Origin: a bacterium
GTDB taxonomy: Bacteria > Spirochaetota > JAHITG01
Assembly: GCA_028711675.1 (NCBI GenBank)
Contig: JAQTRT010000002.1
Span: forward strand, 1 to 39,063
Length of the DNA stretch: 39,063 bases
Direction: 5' to 3'
A program made the position numbers and the translations under genes. Positions 31,265-39,063 of the stretch are shown in pieces. The notes beneath the pieces were generated by a model. It was not told the DNA's origin. It ran no database searches and saw only the letters and a program-made list of their open reading frames with translations. Position 1 is the first letter of the stretch; every line of letters starts with the position of its first letter.

Positions 31265-33358
31265 ATGGCAGACATCTTACCTCAAAACATCAGGAATATC
31301 GCGGTGATCGGGAATAACGGGGCGGGAAAGACCTCTCTGTCCGACGCGATACTGTTCGATTCCAAAACAGCCAAACGCCTGGGAAAAGTTGATGAAAAAA
31401 CATCGGCTTTTGATTTTCTGGAAGAAGAGATCAAAAGAAAGATGACCATCACCATCTCCCTGGCCCAGTTCCCCTATAAGGAAAAAAAGATAAACCTGAT
31501 AGATACTCCCGGATACATGGATTTCATCGGGGAAGCCATTTCCGCCCTGTATGCCGTGGAAACAGCCGTGGCCGTGGTAGCAGCAGGTGATGCCGCGCAG
31601 TTCAACACCATCAAACTCCTGAGCGATGCCCAGAAACGCGGCATGGCCAGGATCATCTTCATCAACAAAATCGATAAAGAGAACATTAATTACGAAGAGG
31701 CCCTGGAAAAGCTGAAGGAGAACATCCCTTCCGGGACCATGCCCGTCACCATCCCGGCCAAAGAAGGAAACCAGGTCACAGGCGTGATCAACCTCCTGGA
31801 CAATAAACTGTATGCCGTAAACAACGAGAACACGGAGATCAGGGACATACCGGAGGCCCTGAAAGGGACAGCCGACGTTTTCCGGATCAAAATGCTGGAG
31901 GCTGTGGCGGAAACAAAAGAAGACCTGATGGAAAAATATCTTGAAAAAGGGAGCCTGACCGAGGAAGAGCTTACCAAAGGATTAAAAGAAGGGCTGCTCA
32001 GCGGTTCCATCATACCTGTTTTCTGCGGAATAGCCGTCCGTAACATCGGGACCGCACCCCTGCTCCATTTTCTGGAAACATCCGCGCCTTCACCCCTGGA
32101 CAAGGGTAAAATTAAGGTAAAAAAAATCGAAACGGGTTCCGAGATCGAATCCAGCGTGGATGAAAAAGCGCCGGCCAAGGCCTTTGTCTTCAAGACCCAG
32201 ACCGAACCCCATATCGGAGAACTAAATTTCGTCAGGGTCTTCTCCGGCACCATCAATTACGGCGACGAGATTTATAACTCCTCAAAAAGCTTTTCCGAAA
32301 AAGTGGGGACCCTCGATAACCTGATCGGTAAGGAAAGAAAGGAAGTCAAGACTGTCGCAGCCGGCGATATCGCTGTTCTGCTGAAACTGAAGAAAACAGC
32401 CATTAACGACACATTATGCTCTCCTTCCGAAAAAATGGAATTTCCCAGGATCGATTTTCCCCGGCCTTTGCTCGACCTGGCCATCAAGGCCAAATCCAAG
32501 GCTGACGAGGATAAATTATCCGTTAACCTTCACAAGCTTCTGGAAGAGGACCCTACACTCAAGATCAGGGTGGATTCCGAACTGAAGCAAACCATCATCA
32601 GCGGCATGGGCGAGACCCAGATCAATATTTTTGTGGCGAACCTGAAAAACAAGTACAATGTGGAAGTGGAATTCGAAAAGACCAAGGTACCTTACCGCGA
32701 GACCATCAAGAAAAAAGCCCAGGCCCAGGGCAGGTATAAAAGGCAGACCGGCGGCCATGGACAGTACGGCGACTGCTGGCTCGAGATCGAACCCCTGCCC
32801 ATGAACCACAAGGAAGATTTCGAGTTCGTGGACAAGATCGTGGGCGGGTCCATCCCCGGCAAATATGTTCCGGCTGTGGAAAAAGGCGTACGGGAAAAAC
32901 TGACCAAAGGGCTCCTGGCCGGTTATCCGGTCATTAAGGTACGGGCTTCTGTTTATGACGGCACCTACCATTCCGTGGATTCATCGGACCTGGCCTTTCA
33001 GATTGCCGGCTCCCTGGCGCTCCAGAACGCGGCGCCATCCGCCAATCCCGTTCTCCTGGAACCTGTCATGAAAGTAAAGGTCTACACACCGGATAAGTAT
33101 ATGGGTGATATCATCAGCGACCTTAACAGCCGCCGGGCTAAAATATCGGGAATGGACGACGAATCCGGGCTGAAGGTGGTCAATGCTTTCGTGCCCCAGG
33201 CGGAAATGTTCAAGTACATCAATGACCTTAAATCCATCACCCAGGGCAGCGGGATATTCGAAAGCGCATTTGACCATTATGAGGAAGTCCCGTTCGAACT
33301 GAGCAAGAAGATCGTTGAGCAGGCCAAACTGGAAAAAGGTACAGAAGAGGAAAAATAG
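31265..33358 (+). CDS. Elongation factor G paralog (EF-G2-like translational GTPase)
   Basis: G1 GNNGAGKTS, G3 DTPGYMDF and G4 INKID. KVPYRETIKKKAQAQGRYKRQTGGHGQYGDCWLEIEP and SSDLAFQIAGSLA closely parallel Thermus EF-G-2 as I recall it. The gene is not in an rpsL-rpsG-fusA context. Confidence 0.85.
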   Translation: MADILPQNIRNIAVIGNNGAGKTSLSDAILFDSKTAKRLGKVDEKTSAFDFLEEEIKRKMTITISLAQFPYKEKKINLIDTPGYMDFIGEAISALYAVETAVAVVAAGDAAQFNTIKLLSDAQKRGMARIIFINKIDKENINYEEALEKLKENIPSGTMPVTIPAKEGNQVTGVINLLDNKLYAVNNENTEIRDIPEALKGTADVFRIKMLEAVAETKEDLMEKYLEKGSLTEEELTKGLKEGLLSGSIIPVFCGIAVRNIGTAPLLHFLETSAPSPLDKGKIKVKKIETGSEIESSVDEKAPAKAFVFKTQTEPHIGELNFVRVFSGTINYGDEIYNSSKSFSEKVGTLDNLIGKERKEVKTVAAGDIAVLLKLKKTAINDTLCSPSEKMEFPRIDFPRPLLDLAIKAKSKADEDKLSVNLHKLLEEDPTLKIRVDSELKQTIISGMGETQINIFVANLKNKYNVEVEFEKTKVPYRETIKKKAQAQGRYKRQTGGHGQYGDCWLEIEPLPMNHKEDFEFVDKIVGGSIPGKYVPAVEKGVREKLTKGLLAGYPVIKVRASVYDGTYHSVDSSDLAFQIAGSLALQNAAPSANPVLLEPVMKVKVYTPDKYMGDIISDLNSRRAKISGMDDESGLKVVNAFVPQAEMFKYINDLKSITQGSGIFESAFDHYEEVPFELSKKIVEQAKLEKGTEEEK

Positions 33359-33419
33359 CGGTTCTGCCGTGCTGCAGAAAACTGTTCCCCGGTCATAACA
33401 GACAAACAAGGCGTTATTC

Positions 33420-35768
33420 ATGGAACAAGAGACCCCTTCAAGAGTTGAAGAACTGTTCTTGAAAAGATCACGATATGATTTTTTCTACCCTCCTGTGGAA
33501 AAAATAAAGGCCGTTATTGTGGACAACTTCCCCCTTCTGGGCAAACTGACAGCCCTCCGTTTCCTGGAATGGGTCCAGGCCAATCCCGGCGGGGTTATCT
33601 CCCTCCCCACCGGCAAGACCCCGGAACATTTTATCAAATGGACAGAGTATTTTCTGAACAACTGGAATAAAAAAGAAGTACAAAAAGAACTTGAAGAGAA
33701 CAGCATCGGCCTGAAACCTGTGCCGGACATGAAATCCCTCTCCTTTGTCCAGATCGATGAATTTTATCCCATCCTGCCTAAACAGCAGAACAGTTTTTAT
33801 TATTATATTAATAAATATTATATCAGCGGTTTCGGCCTGGATAAAAAAAAGGCGCTGCTGATCGACACTTCCCGTACCGGTGTGCCGGAACATTATGACA
33901 TTGAATTGCTTTTCCCGGATTTCAGGGTAGATCTGAGCCTGCGCTGCCGCTACCCCAAGACCCACCTGGAGGTCCTCCAGAAGGAAGCTATCCTGGCTGT
34001 TGACCAGTACTGTACGGAATACGAACAAAAGATCAGGGATATAGGCGGGATCGGTTTCTTCCTGGGCGGGATCGGGCCGGACGGCCACATCGGCTTTAAT
34101 ATCAGCGGTTCTGATTTTTTCTCCACCACAAGGCTCACACCCGTCAATTATGAGACAGCGGCCGCGGCAGCAGGAGACCTGGGCGGTATCGAGATCAGCC
34201 GGAACCGGCTGGTTATCACCATCGGCCTTTCCACCATCACATTTAAAAAAGAAGCCGTGGCCATTATCATCGCAGCAGGCGAAGCCAAAGCCGGCATCGT
34301 GGCCCGTGCCATCCAGAACGGACAGAATATCAAATATCCGGCCACTGTGCTGCAAAAGCTGACACGTGCCCGGTTCTTCCTGACCGAAGGAGCTGCGTCC
34401 AGGCTGACCGAGCGTAACTATTTCAAACTGAAGAATAAGGAACAGATCACGGAACAGGACATCCGGTTCAACCTGATCAACTACTGCCTCGAACAGGAGA
34501 AGAGCATCGGTTCCGCCGGGGAAGCGGAATTACGGAAAGACAGGTTCACACAGGAAATCCTGGCCCGGACAGGAAAGGACGCCGGCCAGATCAAGGATCT
34601 GGTGGAATCAGGGATGAGGACCGGCCTGAACAAAGGCGCGCAACCCTTAAAAGATACCGTGATCCTCCACACGTCGCCCCATCATGATGATGAAATGCTC
34701 GGTTACCTGCCGTACATCACCAGGCTGGTACGGGAATCCACGAACAAGCATTATTTCGCCTACATGACCAGCGGGTTCACGGCTGTCACCAACCGCTATA
34801 TGCTCTCCCTTCTGGAAAACCTGAAATACTTCCTTGACCTTAATATCTTCAAACCCCTGATCGATAAAGGCTATTTCGATCCGGCCAATGCCAAAGCCAG
34901 AAACGAGGATATTTACCACTTCCTGGAAGGCCTGGCTGCCGAGAACGAGTACATCAAGAACGAAGCCAAGGCTTTCCGGCTCTTCCGGATCCTCATCGAG
35001 GTCCTGGAAGAGACGGAGATCGATGGCCTGATGAACAGGATAAACGAGATGATCAGTTATTTCCAGACCCAGTATCCGGGTAAAAAAGACCTGGAATATA
35101 TCCAGTCCATAAAAGGGATGGTAAGGGAATTTGAAGCTGAACTGCTCTGGGGATATTTCGGATTTGAGACCTCATCCGTCAAGCACCTGCGCCTGGGATT
35201 CTATACAGGCGACATCTTCACCAAACAGCCTGAAATGGAGGAGGATATCCTGCCGGTCCTGGACCTGCTTAAACAGGTGAAACCGGACGTGGTCACAGTG
35301 GCCCTGGATCCTGAAGGAAGCGGGCCTGACACGCATTACAAGGTCTTACAGTCCATATCCGAGGCCCTGAAACTGTATGAGAAAGAGACAGGCAGAAACA
35401 ACATCCGGATATGGGGTTACCGGAACGTCTGGTACAGGTTCCATCCGGCCGATGCCAATCTCTACATCCCCGCCTCCCTGAATTCACTTTCTATCCTGAA
35501 CCATGCTTTTCTGAACTGTTTCGGTTCGCAGAAGGATGCGTCTTTCCCGAGTTATGAATATGACGGTCCTTTCTCCTTCCTGGCACAGAAGATCTACGTG
35601 GAGCAGTACAGGATGATCAAAACACTCCTGGGTGAAGGGACATTCTACAATAATCCGCATCCTATGATACGCGCCAGCCGCGGTCTGGTATTCCTGAAAG
35701 AACTAAGCCTGGAAGAATTCTACCAGCACTCCATGGAACTGAAGAAACTGACCGAGTTGGTAAAGTAA
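33420..35768 (+). CDS. Glucosamine-6-phosphate deaminase-like (NagB/Pgl fold) fused to a PIG-L/LmbE-type deacetylase domain
   Basis: The N-terminal part carries SLPTGKTPE and GGIGPDGHIGFN. The C-terminal part carries VILHTSPHHDDEMLG (PIG-L/LmbE metal-binding motif) and VALDPEGSGPDTHY. Confidence 0.75.
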   Translation: MEQETPSRVEELFLKRSRYDFFYPPVEKIKAVIVDNFPLLGKLTALRFLEWVQANPGGVISLPTGKTPEHFIKWTEYFLNNWNKKEVQKELEENSIGLKPVPDMKSLSFVQIDEFYPILPKQQNSFYYYINKYYISGFGLDKKKALLIDTSRTGVPEHYDIELLFPDFRVDLSLRCRYPKTHLEVLQKEAILAVDQYCTEYEQKIRDIGGIGFFLGGIGPDGHIGFNISGSDFFSTTRLTPVNYETAAAAAGDLGGIEISRNRLVITIGLSTITFKKEAVAIIIAAGEAKAGIVARAIQNGQNIKYPATVLQKLTRARFFLTEGAASRLTERNYFKLKNKEQITEQDIRFNLINYCLEQEKSIGSAGEAELRKDRFTQEILARTGKDAGQIKDLVESGMRTGLNKGAQPLKDTVILHTSPHHDDEMLGYLPYITRLVRESTNKHYFAYMTSGFTAVTNRYMLSLLENLKYFLDLNIFKPLIDKGYFDPANAKARNEDIYHFLEGLAAENEYIKNEAKAFRLFRILIEVLEETEIDGLMNRINEMISYFQTQYPGKKDLEYIQSIKGMVREFEAELLWGYFGFETSSVKHLRLGFYTGDIFTKQPEMEEDILPVLDLLKQVKPDVVTVALDPEGSGPDTHYKVLQSISEALKLYEKETGRNNIRIWGYRNVWYRFHPADANLYIPASLNSLSILNHAFLNCFGSQKDASFPSYEYDGPFSFLAQKIYVEQYRMIKTLLGEGTFYNNPHPMIRASRGLVFLKELSLEEFYQHSMELKKLTELVK

Positions 35769-35785
35769 GACCGATCCAACAGACC

Positions 35786-36280
35786 TTAAAAAAGTTTATC
35801 CGTGAATACCTGGCGGACAAATGCCCAGCTGTCATCCCTGTGCAGATATAATTTATGTTCCTTGCAGCTGCTGCGGCTGCAGAACTGGATGATGCTGCTG
35901 GAGAACGCGTGGAGCATAACGGTCGGGCTGCCGCAGGAACAGGCATGTTTGACTTCGAGCTGCAGGCTGCTTTTACAGTGAGGGCAGAAGAACTCGACCA
36001 CAATACCTTTCTTGTAATCCAGCTTTTCCGGATATTCCACTGTGAAATCATCCAGTTTATCGGAAAGGGTGAATATCCCGTGTTTTTTATCATTCCACTT
36101 TCCCAGAAGTGTTATATGCCCTTTATCATCGGTCAGGGGTTTACTGCAGACAGGACACCTTGTCCAGAGCTTGACATAATTGGTATGGCCTTTCTGGGTA
36201 TACGGATTCTGTTCAATGGAAATATATTCATCCTTGCCTTTCAGAATTAACTTTAACATACTCGTACTTAACCTCCTCAT
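35786..36280 (-). CDS. Cys-rich zinc-ribbon protein of unknown function
   Basis: CPVCSKPL, then CPHCKSSL, then CSCGSP and CSRSSCKEH. The start ATG 36280 overlaps the aspartate kinase stop (ATGA). An alternative ATG at 36259 lies downstream of GGAGG. Confidence 0.4.
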   Translation of the reverse strand: MRRLSTSMLKLILKGKDEYISIEQNPYTQKGHTNYVKLWTRCPVCSKPLTDDKGHITLLGKWNDKKHGIFTLSDKLDDFTVEYPEKLDYKKGIVVEFFCPHCKSSLQLEVKHACSCGSPTVMLHAFSSSIIQFCSRSSCKEHKLYLHRDDSWAFVRQVFTDKLF

Positions 36281-37644
36281 TGAGCCGTAAGAGCCCGGTA
36301 AAGGCCGGCAACCGCTTTTTCAGCCGCATCCTGGTCTACGCAAAAGATGATGCTCATCTCCGAACCGCCCTTGATCATCATTTCCACGTTGATCTGGCCG
36401 TCCCGGAAAACCTCGAACATCCTGGCGAGCAGGCCGATATTGCTCTTGATGCCGCTCCCGACCACGGAGATGAGGGCGCGGTTGTAATCCAGGTACACGT
36501 TATCCGCGTTCAGCTCGCTGTAGATCCTGCGGCAGATATCCCTGATCTTTTCCAGCGGCAGTTGGTCCTGTTTCAGGATGATGGAGGTCGTATCTATCCC
36601 TGAGGGAGAATGATCATAAGAAAGCTTGTTCCTTTCGATGATCTCCAGCAGATGCCTGCCGAATCCCCGTTCCACATTCATCATATATTTTTCGACATGG
36701 ATGGCGCAGAAGCCCTTGTCAAAAGCGATACCCGTGATCTCATCCTTATCCATTGGTTTCTCTTTCACGATCATGGTCCCGGGACCGGATAAATTAAAAA
36801 AATTAAGCAGATGCATGGACACGCCCTTTTTCATCACGGGATAAAGCAATTCTTCATGAAAGGTCTGGAACCCTGCATAGGTAAGCTCACGGAGCTCCTG
36901 GTATGTGATCATCCGGATGACCCTGGCATCAGGAACCAGCCGGGAACTGACCATGGTCAGGCCGTCATAATCAATGAAGTTCTCATATAATTCCGCTTCC
37001 ACGGCGCTGGCTAAAATAGACCCTGTCAGGTCATTACCCCCCCGGCTGAAAGTAGCCACATCCCCGCGGGAAGTATAACCGTAAAAACCGGGAATGATCA
37101 AGACCTCTTTCTTCTCCCTGAGCATCTTCAGCTTGTCATAGGAACCTTCCAGAAGGCTTGCATTCCCGAATTCAGGAGTCACGATCACGCCGGCTTCCCT
37201 GGGGCTCATATACCGGCATTCCAGGCCCTGTGATTGGAGGTACCTGGCGATAAAGAGAGCTGTATATTCTTCGCCGAAGGATTTAATCCTGTCCAGGTAT
37301 TTCTGTTTCTTCCCGCCGCCTTTCAGGGACCGGACGCGTTTTTTCAGGTCATCAAAGGCCTTGTTCATGAAATCACGGGAAAGATTAAGCGGCTGAAAAA
37401 TGGAAAGGTACCTGTTCACGATCTCCTGGATCAGGCTGGCGGGCAGTTTCTTTTTTTTCATGTATTCCAGACCGCACTCGATCAGCAGGTCCGTCACGTT
37501 CCTCTCCTTCTCCGTACGTCCGGGTGCGCTGATTACAATGATCCTGCGTTTATTGTCTTTTTGTATGATCTCCTTCAGCAGTTCGATGTTCCCTGAACCG
37601 GTCAGGACAGCCCCGCTGAATTTACAGACCTTTATATCAGCCAT
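36277..37644 (-). CDS. Aspartate kinase (monofunctional, YclM/AKIII-like with C-terminal ACT region)
   Basis: VCKFSGAVL...IIVISAPG, GEEYTALFIARYL, FSRGGNDLTGSILA, LYENFIDYDG, ELTYAGFQTFHEE and SVVGSGI...INVEMMIKGGSEMSIIF parallel B. subtilis YclM as I recall it. AAGGAG lies upstream. Confidence 0.88.
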   Translation of the reverse strand: MADIKVCKFSGAVLTGSGNIELLKEIIQKDNKRRIIVISAPGRTEKERNVTDLLIECGLEYMKKKKLPASLIQEIVNRYLSIFQPLNLSRDFMNKAFDDLKKRVRSLKGGGKKQKYLDRIKSFGEEYTALFIARYLQSQGLECRYMSPREAGVIVTPEFGNASLLEGSYDKLKMLREKKEVLIIPGFYGYTSRGDVATFSRGGNDLTGSILASAVEAELYENFIDYDGLTMVSSRLVPDARVIRMITYQELRELTYAGFQTFHEELLYPVMKKGVSMHLLNFFNLSGPGTMIVKEKPMDKDEITGIAFDKGFCAIHVEKYMMNVERGFGRHLLEIIERNKLSYDHSPSGIDTTSIILKQDQLPLEKIRDICRRIYSELNADNVYLDYNRALISVVGSGIKSNIGLLARMFEVFRDGQINVEMMIKGGSEMSIIFCVDQDAAEKAVAGLYRALTAQ

Positions 37645-37699
37645 ATCCCCGCTCCTTTATCATTATTCCCGTTCCATACGGGCTTGCTGTTCCGGGATA

Positions 37700-37727
37700 A
37701 ATATAACAATGATACTTTTTAAGTCAA
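37700..37727 (-). promoter_or_regulatory. Promoter for aspartate kinase: TTGACT-N16-TATATT
   Basis: On the minus strand, -35 is at 37722-37727 and -10 at 37700-37705. This leaves a leader of about 50 nt containing a small CCCG/CGGG hairpin and AAGGAG. Confidence 0.35.
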
Positions 37728-37805
37728 TGATAAAAATCATATTAATCCGGAAAACGGGTATTCGTCCTGCTTGAAAGATAAATTCAAATCATTATCTTTC
37801 CCATC

Positions 37806-39063
37806 ATGCTCAATGAACTGAACGAACAGCAGAAAGAAGCGGTCAAAGCATTCGATACGCCCCTTCTCATCTCAGCCGGCGCGGGGAGCGGCAAGACCCG
37901 TGTCATCACCTATAAGATCGCCCATATCATCCGTGAACACGGAGTACCCTCTTACCGTATCCTGGGAATGACTTTCACCAACAAGGCGGCCGATGTAATG
38001 AAAAAAAGGCTGACGGACATTCTCGGCACCGGCCGGCTCGACCTCTGGCTCGGTACCTTCCACTCCCTCTGCTCCCGTATCCTCAAGACCGAAATGGAAA
38101 AACCTTTCATCATAATTGACGAGAACGACAAAAAAGGCATTGTGCGGGAGATCATCCGCGAGATGGACCTGGACAAGGAGGTCTACGAACCGTATACGAT
38201 AGCCACGACCATCTCGAAATTAAAGAACAACAGGATACCGCCTCATCATCACGGTTCCAAGGCCGTTACCGAAGAAGTGGAACAGGTCTTCCGGATCTAT
38301 AAAAAATATGAGGTTTACAAGGAAAAGGCCGTTTACTTCGATTTTGACGACCTCCTCATCAAGACCATCCGCCTCCTCCAGACAGACGCGCAGGTCCTCG
38401 GGAAATACAGGGATCAATTCCAGTATATCCTGGTGGATGAATTCCAGGACACGAATGACATCCAGTATGAACTGATCTACCTTCTGGGCCACGGCCATAC
38501 CAATATAACGGCCGTGGGCGACCCGGACCAGTCCATTTATTCCTGGCGCGGGGCCAATGTCCATAATTTCAAAAAATTCACGCAGGACTTTCAGGGCTGC
38601 CGGACCATCAAGCTCGAGCAGAACTACCGTTCACCCAACATCATCCTCAAGGCCGCCACCTGCGTCATCTCGCATAATTCCTCCTATGACAATAAGAAAC
38701 TCTGGAGCCGGAAGGGCGAAGGGGAAAAGCTTAAATACTTTTCAGGCCATTTCATCGACGAGGAATCGTGTTTCATCAGGGAAAAGATCCGGGAACTGGT
38801 CCGGAAAGGCTACGCATACAAGGACATTGCCGTGTTCTGCCGGACCAATTATTACTACGAGAACCTGGAGTTCAGCCTCCGCGAAGAGAATATCCCTTAC
38901 CGTATCATCGGCGGCATGAAGTTCTTTGACCGCCTGGAGGTCAGGAACGTCATAGCGTACCTGAAGTTCATCAATAATCCCAGGGACGATCTCTCCCTGC
39001 TCCGTATCATCAACATTCCCAACCGCGGTATCGGGAATAAAAGTCTGGAAAAGATCGGAAGAG
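37806..39063 (+). CDS. uvrD: UvrD/PcrA-family ATP-dependent DNA helicase (3'-truncated by window end)
   Basis: I translated this frame myself because it is absent from the ORF track (it is open to the window end). The N-terminus reads MLNELNEQQKEAVKAFDTPLLISAGAGSGKT (motif I). It also has TFTNKAA (Ia), LVDEFQDTN (II), VGDPDQSIYSWRGA (III) and LEQNYRS (IV). Confidence 0.9.
   Translation, partial: MLNELNEQQKEAVKAFDTPLLISAGAGSGKTRVITYKIAHIIREHGVPSYRILGMTFTNKAADVMKKRLTDILGTGRLDLWLGTFHSLCSRILKTEMEKPFIIIDENDKKGIVREIIREMDLDKEVYEPYTIATTISKLKNNRIPPHHHGSKAVTEEVEQVFRIYKKYEVYKEKAVYFDFDDLLIKTIRLLQTDAQVLGKYRDQFQYILVDEFQDTNDIQYELIYLLGHGHTNITAVGDPDQSIYSWRGANVHNFKKFTQDFQGCRTIKLEQNYRSPNIILKAATCVISHNSSYDNKKLWSRKGEGEKLKYFSGHFIDEESCFIREKIRELVRKGYAYKDIAVFCRTNYYYENLEFSLREENIPYRIIGGMKFFDRLEVRNVIAYLKFINNPRDDLSLLRIINIPNRGIGNKSLEKIGR

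Noticed and set aside
33468-34355. A 295-aa ORF on the minus strand.
   Set aside because: It is antisense to the NagB-LmbE gene and has no motifs. The same reasoning applies to 16138-16866, 10224-10901, 23672-24325, 26066-26761, 19165-19701, 31690-32256 and 32516-32971.
37645-37805. A possible lysine riboswitch (L-box) upstream of aspartate kinase.
   Set aside because: The whole divergent intergenic region is only ~160 nt, and the predicted leader after the TTGACT-N16-TATATT promoter is ~50 nt with a single small hairpin. That is too short for an L-box, and the conserved L-box segments are absent.
1-39063. A search for mobile-element, prophage or defence-island hallmarks (integrase, transposase, tRNA-adjacent att sites, restriction-modification or toxin-antitoxin pairs).
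   Set aside because: I recognised none in any frame. The window reads as core chromosome, so the repeats are not attributable to an autonomous element here.

Overview
The window is a 39-kb bacterial chromosomal segment with no rRNA, tRNA, CRISPR array, transposase or integrase that I can see. Nearly all of it is coding, and I call 31 CDS.

Gene content, left to right:
- 155-9651: a secreted-protein island. Three large exoproteins (BNR/Asp-box propeller, HExxH+FN3+LamG, right-handed beta-helix) share a homologous C-terminal sorting-type domain of about 90 aa. With them are an ECF sigma/anti-sigma pair and a PorV/PorQ-like outer-membrane barrel.
- 9682-11727: a PNPOx-like protein, a peptidase-MA-like protein and one hypothetical.
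- 11755-16959: a nucleic-acid turnover group (RecJ, purine nucleoside phosphorylase, DHH and PHP phosphoesterases).
- 17009-17935: rplU-prp-rpmA.
- 17965-21757: four envelope genes (two lipoproteins, an outer-membrane barrel, a FlaA-like protein).
- 22044-27586: GH94-like, ssnA and an HD-domain dNTPase-like gene.
- 27766-39063: a Kv-type K+ channel, IPMDH-family dehydrogenase, asd, an EF-G2-type paralog, a NagB-LmbE fusion, aspartate kinase plus a Zn-ribbon protein, and a 3'-truncated UvrD/PcrA helicase.

Most interesting non-coding signal: a two-copy structured element of about 145-160 nt (21868-22011 on the minus strand, 28689-28848 on the plus strand). The core is conserved. The roughly 29-bp closing stems have diverged in sequence but still pair in each copy, and an internal hairpin shows compensatory changes. 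Both hairpins carry GGA loops closed by ACA/UGU stems (AGGA in copy A, a GGA triloop in copy B), resembling the CsrA-binding consensus. I propose it as an unclassified structured RNA, possibly a CsrA-type decoy, with a MITE-like repeat as the alternative.

Other notable points:
- A perfect 29-bp inverted repeat built from tandem TTGACATT units (10968-11068).
- A RecJ with a DnaQ-like DEDDh exonuclease domain inserted in it.
- A Prp protease gene next to an L27 that lacks the propeptide Prp normally removes.

All protein calls come from reading motifs by eye. No database search was run.
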